Source of the DNA: Candidatus Sericytochromatia bacterium
GTDB lineage: Bacteria; Cyanobacteriota; Sericytochromatia; S15B-MN24; JAQBPE01
Assembly: GCA_040400605.1 (NCBI GenBank)
Contig: JBBAPZ010000004.1
Span: 158,353-222,352, forward strand
Direction of reading: 5' to 3'
DNA: 64,000 nt
Numbering within the stretch: position 1 is the first letter of the stretch; every line of letters starts with the position of its first letter. The notes below the pieces were generated by a model that saw only the letters and a list, made by a program, of their open reading frames with translations, was not told where the DNA came from and did not search any database. Position numbers and translations under genes: made by a program. Of the stretch, positions 19,485 through 28,638 are shown piece after piece.

Positions 19485-20429
19485 TCAGTACCTTCCCGGT
19501 GCAACCTCCTGCAATTCCACCAATGGCAAGAAATGCTGCACGTCTGCCAGGTGCGCGAGTTCGGTGCCGACGGCAGCGGCGCAGGCCGTGCCACTGGCAA
19601 TGCCCCAACGCAGGGCTTCTTCGAGTGCCGCGCCTTGGGTGTAACGGTGCAGAAACCCTGCTACGAGCGAATCACCGGCACCGACAGTTGATCGGGCCTC
19701 GATGCGGGGTGGGATGCCGACCCAGCGTGTTTGAGCAGTGGCTGCGATGACCGATTTGGCACCGTTGCTGAGGATGATCAACTCAACTTGTTTGGAAGCG
19801 AGAATCTCATCAAGAGCGCGGTGAACGGCAGCATCATCCGGCAAGGGCTGATTCACCATGCGTTGCAGTTCATGAAGGTTCGGTTTGATCATGAAGGGAT
19901 GGGCCTTGAGCCCTTCGCGCAGGGCCTCGCCGTCGGCGTCAAGCACCACGCGATCCTGGCGAAGGGTGGCTTCCTGGGCCAATTCGCGGTAAGCCCCCGC
20001 ACCCAGTCCAGGCGGAATGGAGCCTGAGAAGACGATCCACTCAAAGTTGTGAGTTTGGCCAGAAATCTTGCGTTTGAGCCGGTGGAATTCATCTTGTGAA
20101 ACGGTTGGACCACTGAGGCTGATTTTGGTCTGAACGCCGCTGCGGTTGGAAATGATGAGGTTTTCGCGCGTTTCGCCAGCAATCCAGTTAAAATCGCCTT
20201 GCAAGCCCTCATCTTGGAGGTAGCGGGCAATGCGCTCGCCCGTTGCACCGCCCAGAAAGCCGAAAAGGAGCGATCGCTCCGCAAACTCCCACAGCACCCG
20301 CGAGACATTCAAACCCTTGCCACCCGGGTCGAAGCGATGATCCAGCGCCCGATTGGTGTCATCCACCACCAGATCGTCCACATAAATGGTTTTATCCAGC
20401 GACGGATTCAATGTTACCGTGGCGATCAC
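19485..20429 (-). CDS. pfkB: 1-phosphofructokinase-family (PfkB) hexose kinase
   Basis: TVTLNPSLD, GGKGLNVS, IKPNLHEL, STVGAGDS. Start placed at GTG 20429. Confidence 0.92.
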   Translation of the reverse strand: MIATVTLNPSLDKTIYVDDLVVDDTNRALDHRFDPGGKGLNVSRVLWEFAERSLLFGFLGGATGERIARYLQDEGLQGDFNWIAGETRENLIISNRSGVQTKISLSGPTVSQDEFHRLKRKISGQTHNFEWIVFSGSIPPGLGAGAYRELAQEATLRQDRVVLDADGEALREGLKAHPFMIKPNLHELQRMVNQPLPDDAAVHRALDEILASKQVELIILSNGAKSVIAATAQTRWVGIPPRIEARSTVGAGDSLVAGFLHRYTQGAALEEALRWGIASGTACAAAVGTELAHLADVQHFLPLVELQEVAPGRY

Positions 20430-20676
20430 ACCACACCCCCTTTTTTGCCTCAGTCTTCGCCCACCCAATATACCCGCTCAGGCGAAACAAACGCATGGTC
20501 GATACACCCATTGTTTGACACGATTGACCTGCAGGCGTTCCAGGCAAAACCGGTGCCCTATGTATTCAAACAACGCCTGCAATGGTTCAGGTTCGTCTCA
20601 CGGTACTCACCTTTCATCAGAACACGTTCAAGGCTTTTTCATGATTTCACAACAACGTGCAATGCCTTTGTTCTGT

Positions 20677-20795
20677 CATCTAGTTTTGCGGATACGGTGA
20701 TTAGCTTTATCAGCGACATAGATGTTCCATGCGCCGTCAACCGCCACACTACAAGCGTGATTGAATCGCGCCGCAGCGCCCGTGCCATTGCACCG
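20677..20795 (-). pseudogene. isolated remnant of one NHL repeat
   Basis: My translation of the minus strand: [37 protein letters not shown], which matches the NHL repeat consensus. It is not part of a long ORF. Confidence 0.75.
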
Positions 20796-21101
20796 AAAAA
20801 AATGGTGGTCGATTGTTTAGTTCTGACAACCCGTTTTTTTAGAGACTCCGTCACGCCGCAGGTTGGTACCGAGTCGTGACATGATGCGCCAAGTTTCAAC
20901 CCGTGTTGTGAGGCTTGATTGTGAATTATTCACCGACGTCCGAGGCCTTCGTCTGCATCCTGCGGCAGTGATGATGATGTGTTATGGGTCGTGAGCAGAC
21001 AAACCACGCCTTGTCCACGGCAAGATGTTTGGTGACCACTAAACCTGGAGGAGTCTCCGACCACCCGCAGCTTGCGGGGCTTACGCTTGGAAATCCGTTT
21101 G

Positions 21102-23375
21102 TTAACGGGTGACGGCCCCGGGGTTGGCTGCTCCTTGCTCAGACTCGCCATGAACGCGCGCAAGTTCCGTGATGTGCCAAGCTGCCACCAAATAAGGATA
21201 TTTGGATTGACTGAATTCACCAGGAACCTGAAAGCCGAGGCGTAAAATCTGCTTCGCACGCGTGATGCCCACATACAGCAAACGCAAGCGCTCCGCCACC
21301 TGTTCAGCCGCTGCCACGGCAATGGGATCCGCCGCATCTGCCGATTCAGGCTGGGCCAGGCGTTTTAGAATATGCTCCACGAGCAGGAGGCGCTGATCAC
21401 TCACCCGCGCCTGCTTGAGCTCCCACGGGTAATGCCGGGACTGGTTCAATCCTGGCAACCAGACACAGTCAAACTCCAATCCTTTGGCGCTATGCAGTGT
21501 CATGATGCGAACCGGCAACGGCTCTGTTGCATCAGCATCCGGCTCATCGGTCGTTTCATCACGCGACACACGAAATATTCGTTGGGCACTGCCCTCAAAG
21601 TTGGTCATCGCCAACTCGGTAACAACGTCCTTGAGCCGATAGTCCGGATGTTGGTGCAACATCCGCCGAACCATCATGGCGATCGCCTCGGCCACACTCA
21701 GTTGATACGGGTCACGAAAATAGCAATCAGCCACCGCCGTGATGAGGTCAACCGGAGACAGATGCCGACGATGCAAGAGCACCCCCGCCTGCCTGACAAA
21801 CTCAAGCCATGCCGCCCACACACCGGGCTCACGTGGCCATTCGTATCCGGTTATCGGGTAAAGCACACCATCCGGGTTCAACAGTTTGCGCCAATCCACG
21901 CGCCGCTGCGTGATAAACACCAGTAGCGCGCCACGAAGGTCCTCCAGTTGCTTGTCCCAACGACTCAAGTGATGGATGCCTCGCCAGTAAGCCACAAACG
22001 CATCGACCAATGCCCGCCTGTAACCATCGGAGTCCGTGTCAATCGCCAAAAAACGCAGCACGTGCAGAACAACTTCCGCGCACACACGCACTTCTTCATT
22101 TGACGCACCATCGGCCACAACCGGCACATCAAGAGCCAGCAATGCCTTCCGGTATGATTCAACCTGCTCATGCGTCTGAACCAAAATGGCCTGCGACAAC
22201 GGACGACCATCTGGCCGGAAGGCCTGCGCCTGTGCGACCCCCTTGGCGATCGCCTGGATTTCATCATCCTTGGTCCCTTCAGTGGGCAACCACTTCACGG
22301 CGCCACGCCGCGACACGGGATTGGAACCATCTGCCGCCACTTCAATCAAATGTGCGCGAAATGCGTTTTGGCGCACATGCTCATCCGGGTGTGAACGCGC
22401 CACCAGCGTGACCAAACCGTTCGCAAGATCCAAAATCGACTGACAACTGCGCGACGACTCGGTCATCGAAATCATCGGCACCGTTTCACAAAATTCGCGA
22501 AAATAACGCGGATCATTCATCGTGAACGACGCATAAATCGATTGGTTGGCATCCCCAACCCGCACCAAATTGCCGTGGCGCGCCACGATCTGATCAATCA
22601 GGCGCTTCTGCCCAGGCGTTGAATCTTGCGCCTCATCCTCCAACACATAACGGTAACAATCCTGCAAACGCCCCAGCACGCCAGCGTCACGGCTCAGCAA
22701 TACATTCACCATCAAGACAAGTTCGTCATAATCCAAGGCACCCCGCCGCCGACGCTCCGCTTCATAGTGCGTGATCATGGCCGGCACCTCCGATAAACCG
22801 TGCTGGTTCAACGCCTCACACACCTCTACTTGAGACAGCATCAGATTCTTCATGACGGCCAACGCTTTAAGTGCCACCAGGCGTGAACGTTCCATCGCTT
22901 TTAATGTGGGGTCAATCGCCTCAGGAGCGTCCGCATCCAGGCCCGCACGCACGCGCCAGTCACGCCGATTGACCGGATCAGCCAGATACCCATTCAAAGC
23001 CTGCTGCAAAATTGCCTCGCGCTCGCGTTCCTGCAACACCTCGAAACCTGGTAGAAGCCCGATCCGCGCCCCATAGCGCGTCAACACCTCGTGGCAAAAG
23101 CTATGAATGGTCACAGCCTTGATACCATGTGATGGAATCCCATCCGCTTCGAGTGCACGGCGAATCCGTTCACGGATATTGGTTGCAGCCGACCGTGTGT
23201 AGGTAAGAATCAACAGTTGGCCAGGTCGTGCACCCAAGTCCTTGATGAGCCGTGTTGCAAGCATCACAAGCGCCGTCGTTTTACCCGCACCAGGCACCGC
23301 GGCAACCGCCAAGGCGCCCCCTGTATACTCAAGTATCGCTTGTTGTGCCCGTCGCGGCTGCATGGCCATCATCAC
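21102..23375 (-). CDS. UvrD/Rep (SF1A) ATP-dependent DNA helicase, AddA-like motor without nuclease domain
   Basis: All SF1 motifs present: AVPGAGKT, LTYTRSAA, TIHSFC, LEDEAQD, VGDANQSIY, ESSRS, TLHSAKGLEFD, RLLYVGITRAK. Confidence 0.93.
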   Translation of the reverse strand: MMMAMQPRRAQQAILEYTGGALAVAAVPGAGKTTALVMLATRLIKDLGARPGQLLILTYTRSAATNIRERIRRALEADGIPSHGIKAVTIHSFCHEVLTRYGARIGLLPGFEVLQEREREAILQQALNGYLADPVNRRDWRVRAGLDADAPEAIDPTLKAMERSRLVALKALAVMKNLMLSQVEVCEALNQHGLSEVPAMITHYEAERRRRGALDYDELVLMVNVLLSRDAGVLGRLQDCYRYVLEDEAQDSTPGQKRLIDQIVARHGNLVRVGDANQSIYASFTMNDPRYFREFCETVPMISMTESSRSCQSILDLANGLVTLVARSHPDEHVRQNAFRAHLIEVAADGSNPVSRRGAVKWLPTEGTKDDEIQAIAKGVAQAQAFRPDGRPLSQAILVQTHEQVESYRKALLALDVPVVADGASNEEVRVCAEVVLHVLRFLAIDTDSDGYRRALVDAFVAYWRGIHHLSRWDKQLEDLRGALLVFITQRRVDWRKLLNPDGVLYPITGYEWPREPGVWAAWLEFVRQAGVLLHRRHLSPVDLITAVADCYFRDPYQLSVAEAIAMMVRRMLHQHPDYRLKDVVTELAMTNFEGSAQRIFRVSRDETTDEPDADATEPLPVRIMTLHSAKGLEFDCVWLPGLNQSRHYPWELKQARVSDQRLLLVEHILKRLAQPESADAADPIAVAAAEQVAERLRLLYVGITRAKQILRLGFQVPGEFSQSKYPYLVAAWHITELARVHGESEQGAANPGAVTR

Positions 23376-23381
23376 CTCAAC

Positions 23382-24218
23382 TCACAACGAGACCGGCTCA
23401 TCGTCGAATTCGTACTCTGGTAACAACGCCAGGTAATCATCCGGGCCCACCTCGGGAACATCGTCGTCCGCTACCTGCTCTTCAATGCGCATGTCAGCCA
23501 GATGACACAACGAATAGAAACGACAAGGCGCAGGCTTTAAACACCGCTGACCCTGCTTGCCCGTCGGCTCGTATCCGGACCGCGCCATCGACGCCATTAC
23601 CCGCAGCAAATTCGACCGAACCCCCTCATGTCGCTCACTGTCATGCTGGATGACGACTTCCTGTCCGTGCTCAACATAGTAAAAGACCATTTTGATGGCC
23701 TCCGGTGCGATCGCCACCCCCCCGTTCAGCGCGCTACCCACCTCAGCCAAAACAAAAGGGTACAACAACGCTTGCCAATCATCTGCCAGAACGCGCGCAT
23801 CAGGTAACCGTTCACTCGTTTTCCAATCCACAATCACAAACTCGGAACCACGCTGAATCACGCGATCAAACGTCGCACGAACAACCATATCCCCCACCGA
23901 AGCGCTCAAGTGCAGCTCGGAATGGACAGGTCCGTCCAGCGCCGCATATGCACTGGCTCGATAACGTTCAAACCACCGCCGCAAATCCGGATCCGTACGC
24001 GCCAACGATCGCGGATCAAGCCCCAGCGCATGTTGGTGAATCAGGTGGTGCAATTGTGTGCCCAGAGACGTTCGCCGTTCGCTCAATTGCGGGTCCGTGC
24101 CTTGCGGCCCCGGCCAGGGCATCGGATGAATGTAAGTAAACGCGAACAGCCGCTCGCAACGATCCCACGCGCGCAAACCCGTCGCCGACAATACCAAGGC
24201 ATGCGATTCACCCGTCAC
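23382..24218 (-). CDS. stand-alone PD-(D/E)XK (RecB/AddB-type) nuclease, probably [4Fe-4S]
   Basis: LSATGL..W..C, GTQLHH, SE, FDRV, IVDWKT and QALLY motifs. C-terminal CLKPAPCRFYSLC followed by an acidic tail. Confidence 0.88.
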   Translation of the reverse strand: MTGESHALVLSATGLRAWDRCERLFAFTYIHPMPWPGPQGTDPQLSERRTSLGTQLHHLIHQHALGLDPRSLARTDPDLRRWFERYRASAYAALDGPVHSELHLSASVGDMVVRATFDRVIQRGSEFVIVDWKTSERLPDARVLADDWQALLYPFVLAEVGSALNGGVAIAPEAIKMVFYYVEHGQEVVIQHDSERHEGVRSNLLRVMASMARSGYEPTGKQGQRCLKPAPCRFYSLCHLADMRIEEQVADDDVPEVGPDDYLALLPEYEFDDEPVSL

Positions 24219-26353
24219 AGCGAGACCTCCGTGGCAGTCCCATTGGCGATCGCCCGGGTGGCGTGCGCAAACTCAGCGAACCAACCCAACAACTCACCCG
24301 ACAACTCCGCCCCATCCGACCCGTGATCGGATGCGAACACATCCAGCCCAACGCGACACTTCGACACGATTGCTCTCAGCGTACGTCCCAGTTTTAACGC
24401 CTGATCACGCTGATCATGGTCTTCTGTGTACATCCCTTCATCCCAATTGCGCGACAACACCCGCGGATTGATAAACTCGCGGATATCCGACTTCCACCAC
24501 AAAGGCGACGCCACATCCACCCACAATTGATGAGCGACTGGCGCGCCCTCTTCGGCATATTTGGCTGCCGTGTACAGCGTTACTGCCGCAGGCAAACTGC
24601 CACGCGGAATCAACGGACGTTCGGCCAGTTCTCCCGCATAAATGGATCGTAGAAAACGTTTGGGATCCCCCGCGCTGCCCTCCCCCAAAGCCGCCATCAA
24701 ATGACGATGGGTGCGCGCATTCTGGATCAATTGATCGATCTGCAACACATCCATCGCCACATCCGCTGACTTCAAGCTCCCAGCTTCCCCTTTCACGCCA
24801 TCCGGCGCCAAACCAAGCAGACATCGAGGGGCATACACCTGCGCGAATGCCTGCTCCAACAGCACATCCAATGGCGCTTCGCTTTCGCACATCTGCTTGA
24901 CCCACCCGTAAAGACCGTCATACGACGCCCGTCGGTTCTCAAGCAAACGCGGCCAATTCACCGTATCCGCGACGTTCAGTTGCCCATCCTGATAAACACC
25001 CCGCTGCACGTGCGGCGATTCCAAAGGATGCAGATTCAACAACGTTTCAAGCATCTCCGTGACATCCGCTTCTGGCGGCGGCATCTGCCATTGGGGGCGT
25101 GCCAGACGAACCAGCGTCGTCAACACCCGGACGGGCCGGTGATCCACCACACGATTCGTTCCAGTCAACACCCTTAAGGGCAAACCATCCTGGGCCAGCC
25201 CCTCGCGCAAATGCCAAAGTAACAAAGGGTCCACCATCGGCGCGATCACCACGATTTGCTGCGACGGAACACCCTGCGCCACCAGCGCGCGAACCCGTGC
25301 GATCAGTACATCGAACATCTGCACCCGCAACACACAAGACGGATGCAAACTTAAAATCGACCGTTTCCCACTCGGATTGACCGAAGCCGCCGCTTCATCC
25401 ACCGCCCGCGCATACAGGTAATCAGCAAGGCTCGCAGCCGGCAAAGCGGCTTCTGAAATCATCAAGTAACGTTCTTCAAAGCCCTGACTCAATGCCCGCG
25501 CACCCACCGGATCACCACCCAAATACTCCCGCAAGCCACCAAGCGGATTGCAAGCCACCAACACACTCCGTGCCTTTTTACTCACGTGATCAATCACCCG
25601 CAACGCGACCGGACAGCACTCTTCAAAATCATCCACCAAAACGTGCTGGGTATGCGCCGCCAAACGCTGCAAGTAACCACGATGATTCAGTAAAGCCAAC
25701 GTAAACAATTCGAGCTGCAAGGCATGATCCAACACCCGATAAGTCATGCAACGCGAGCGGTAAGCCGCAATCGCTTCAGCAATATACACATGGAATGCCT
25801 GCGACTGCGGCCCCGCATCATGACAGGCGTTTAAACGGGGCAACACCGTGTCATACGGCAGACCGTGCTCGATCACCCGCGCATACGCATCCAATACCTG
25901 GACCCGCCGCATCGCAGGCGCTGTAAAACTTTCGGCAAGAACATCGTGTTTTGGGTCAATCTCCGCGCAGCAATCAGACAAAATATGTTGCGCAGCCATC
26001 AAACCAATAAAAAACGGCCTCGCTTGCGGCGGTTTGCCTGGTAATACACCACTGCTTTCAACCAACGCCCAGTTTTGCATTAACTCTTGCCGAACCCACG
26101 AACGAAATGTCATCACGGTCGCGTTAACACCCCGGTGATTCCAATCGCGAATGACCTGTTGCCAATGCTGTACCGCCTGCTGGTTCGACACCCACACCAC
26201 TACGCCAGTTGGAAATTCTCCAGACTGTAACAACTGCCGAAAACGCATCAACAGCACGCCGGTCTTGCCACTGCCTGGCGGCCCGTTCAAAACCCTGGGA
26301 GGATGCGACAAATCAGTGCTCCACCCATCTAACACGCCGTCAGCCCCACTCAC
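24215..26353 (-). CDS. degenerate UvrD-like P-loop protein (AddB/RecC-like scaffold candidate)
   Basis: Walker A GPPGSGKT and TFRSW are present. Walker B is altered (VLVDDFEE). Motifs III, V and VI are not recognisable. Stop overlaps the nuclease start (GTGA). Confidence 0.75.
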   Translation of the reverse strand: MSGADGVLDGWSTDLSHPPRVLNGPPGSGKTGVLLMRFRQLLQSGEFPTGVVVWVSNQQAVQHWQQVIRDWNHRGVNATVMTFRSWVRQELMQNWALVESSGVLPGKPPQARPFFIGLMAAQHILSDCCAEIDPKHDVLAESFTAPAMRRVQVLDAYARVIEHGLPYDTVLPRLNACHDAGPQSQAFHVYIAEAIAAYRSRCMTYRVLDHALQLELFTLALLNHRGYLQRLAAHTQHVLVDDFEECCPVALRVIDHVSKKARSVLVACNPLGGLREYLGGDPVGARALSQGFEERYLMISEAALPAASLADYLYARAVDEAAASVNPSGKRSILSLHPSCVLRVQMFDVLIARVRALVAQGVPSQQIVVIAPMVDPLLLWHLREGLAQDGLPLRVLTGTNRVVDHRPVRVLTTLVRLARPQWQMPPPEADVTEMLETLLNLHPLESPHVQRGVYQDGQLNVADTVNWPRLLENRRASYDGLYGWVKQMCESEAPLDVLLEQAFAQVYAPRCLLGLAPDGVKGEAGSLKSADVAMDVLQIDQLIQNARTHRHLMAALGEGSAGDPKRFLRSIYAGELAERPLIPRGSLPAAVTLYTAAKYAEEGAPVAHQLWVDVASPLWWKSDIREFINPRVLSRNWDEGMYTEDHDQRDQALKLGRTLRAIVSKCRVGLDVFASDHGSDGAELSGELLGWFAEFAHATRAIANGTATEVSL

Positions 26354-26440
26354 GGTCGCACCGCCGCCCCAACTCTGAGCGCTACCCCGACAACCTGCCC
26401 AAGCGACCCGGTACGGAGGAAAAAGCCTGCTCTAAAAACC

Positions 26441-28186
26441 TCACCCATGCCCATGCCCTCCACCAAACGATGGCGACGCGGCAAGGTGTCTGGCCTGGGC
26501 CGGCAAGATATGCTCGGCACGAAGCCGTAATAAAGTAGCGCCACTAAAAAAATCCGTTGCCCGTTCCAGATGAAACAACACATCAACCCGCTCCGGCAGA
26601 GGCGCCAAATGTCCCTTGAACCACCCCACCAACTCAAGATCATGTCGCACCTTGCCGAATAAATGCCCCTTTTGAACACGCACGGCATCAATCGCCACAT
26701 TCTCAAGTGCCAGCAATGGACGCGGATTCTCTTGACCGTGCGGCTCCAGCAACTCCAACGCATCCATCAGCGCCGAATCAATCTCATCAACCGTGACAAC
26801 TGCTGCAACAATCGGCAAGGCAGTCCCCACGCGCCAGCCAGTCTGATTCAATGCATCATTGAGACAATCGCGAAACGCATCAAGATGATGTTTCTCCACC
26901 GCACAGCCAGCCGCCTGCGCATGCCCACCCCAACGGGTCATCAGTGCATCCGCATGCGACAGCAAGCCGACGAGATCAACACCCTTCGGCGCCCGCGCAG
27001 AGCCGCGGTACAATTCCGGTTCGTGTTCTTCTTGCCCCAATAACACCACCGGCCGCCCAAAGTCTTGCAAGACTTTGCCCGCAACCAAACCCACCAAGCC
27101 GTGATGCCAACCGACACCATCCAACACGATGAAGGGGTACCGTTCAGGTGGCATTTCGCGTTCAATACGCCCCCGCACCTCCTCATACAACGCCTTGGTA
27201 ACGTCCTTGCGGGTCGCGTTCAACTGGACCAGATGTGCTGCCCGTCGCTCCGCAAACTGGCGGTCATCCGTCACCAACAATTCATAGGCCAGGGCCGGGT
27301 GTTCCAAACGTCCCGCAGCGTTCACCATCGGTGCGATCACAAAACCGAGATCCTGCGCCGTCACGTGACGCACCGGGTACTTGGGATTCGCGGCATTGTG
27401 CGCATCAAGCAAAGCCTGGGCACCCACCCGTTTATGATTCAGATTCCAGCGTTTCAACCCCAGATGCACCAACGCACGGTTGTAGTCCGTGAGCGGGACC
27501 ATGTCACCCAGTGTACCGATGCAAGCCAGGTCCAACAATTGCCCCGCACGGCGCAGATCGTGGTCACTCAGCACCACACACAGCATCAAGGCCACGCCTG
27601 CTCCCGAAAGCGCTGCGTATTCCGGAAAATCAACCTTGGGGTGAACCAGGGCCAACGCATCAGGCAAGTCGCCTTTGGCACTGTGATGGTCCGTCACAAT
27701 CAGATCAATGCCGTGCGCACGACACGCACGCGCCGCCTCCACCGCCGTAATGCCATTGTCTGTGGTGACAATGAGCGTGGTGCCTGCCGCAGCCAGTTCC
27801 GGAATCACCGAAGCGTTGAGTCCGTAGCCTTCCTTGAAACGACTGGGCAAAAACACGTGTGAATCCAACTGCATGCCCACTTTAAAGTACCGTTGCAGAA
27901 TACTCGCGCCACTCACCCCATCCGCATCGTAATCTCCGTAAATGACCACCCGTTCGTCGGCCGCCTGGGCCTCTCGCAAGCGCTGCACGGCTTTAATCAT
28001 ATGGGGCGAAGGCTTGAACGCCGCCATCCAGCCAAGATCACCCCTGGCATACAACCAACGCTGCGCATCCTCCGCGCAGTTGGCACCCATCTGCGCGAGG
28101 ACTTGCCCCAAAATCCGCGGCAACTGCAAGCGCCGCGAGATGTCGCGCGCCGCGCGCTCGTTCGTTTCTGCGAGTATCCAACCCAT
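26441..28186 (-). CDS. recJ: single-stranded-DNA-specific exonuclease RecJ
   Basis: YGDYDADG, TTDNG, TDHH, GTLGDMVPL, NAAGRL, WHHGLVGLVA, RGSAR, GGHAQAAG. Confidence 0.95.
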   Translation of the reverse strand: MGWILAETNERAARDISRRLQLPRILGQVLAQMGANCAEDAQRWLYARGDLGWMAAFKPSPHMIKAVQRLREAQAADERVVIYGDYDADGVSGASILQRYFKVGMQLDSHVFLPSRFKEGYGLNASVIPELAAAGTTLIVTTDNGITAVEAARACRAHGIDLIVTDHHSAKGDLPDALALVHPKVDFPEYAALSGAGVALMLCVVLSDHDLRRAGQLLDLACIGTLGDMVPLTDYNRALVHLGLKRWNLNHKRVGAQALLDAHNAANPKYPVRHVTAQDLGFVIAPMVNAAGRLEHPALAYELLVTDDRQFAERRAAHLVQLNATRKDVTKALYEEVRGRIEREMPPERYPFIVLDGVGWHHGLVGLVAGKVLQDFGRPVVLLGQEEHEPELYRGSARAPKGVDLVGLLSHADALMTRWGGHAQAAGCAVEKHHLDAFRDCLNDALNQTGWRVGTALPIVAAVVTVDEIDSALMDALELLEPHGQENPRPLLALENVAIDAVRVQKGHLFGKVRHDLELVGWFKGHLAPLPERVDVLFHLERATDFFSGATLLRLRAEHILPAQARHLAASPSFGGGHGHG

Positions 28187-28517
28187 GGTAGCCCCTCGTT
28201 TTGTGTCACAGCCTTTGTAGTTTAACAGGGATCATGTGGTGCTTGGGTTGGTGGGATAAAAGCGACCGGCAAGATACCAGTTAACTGGCAAATAACACCA
28301 TTTTTCGTTATCACTGGGCACTCATCATTAAGCGACACACAAAATGGTCAGCCAAACACAGAGCGTGGTCCAGACGTGACGAAAAAAACGCCCCTTTTCC
28401 ACCCTTATCGCACAAACAGCGTGTCGGCGTCTATCTCACGACACGCTGATAACCTGGTTCTCGATGGCGTTGAAGTCAAACAATCAAGCAACAGCACAAA
28501 AATTACCATTCAAAGTA

Positions 28518-28638
28518 ACGCGATACAGGGACGCAAAGGTTTTGTTCAAAGCTTGTCTTGTAACCTCAAAACATCAGGCACTGACTCGCTGTTTTTGAAT
28601 AGCAGCCAAAATTTGACCACCAGTCAATGCATTTCTGT
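28518..28638 (+). repeat. dispersed intergenic repeat, copy C
   Basis: cgcgatacagggacgcaaaggttttgTTCAAAgcttgtcttgtaacCTCAAAACATCAGGcactgac...agCAGCCAAAAtttgACCACCAGTC...tttctgt. Confidence 0.7.

Noticed and set aside
20199..20899. ORFs 20199..20879 (+) and 20639..20899 (-)
   Set aside because: Antisense or off-frame readings of pfkB and the NHL remnant.
23382..24218. Calling the nuclease Cas4 / a CRISPR locus
   Set aside because: No cas1, cas2 or repeat-spacer array is visible in the window. The context is helicases and recJ.
27065..27862. 265-aa plus-strand ORF
   Set aside because: Antisense shadow of recJ.
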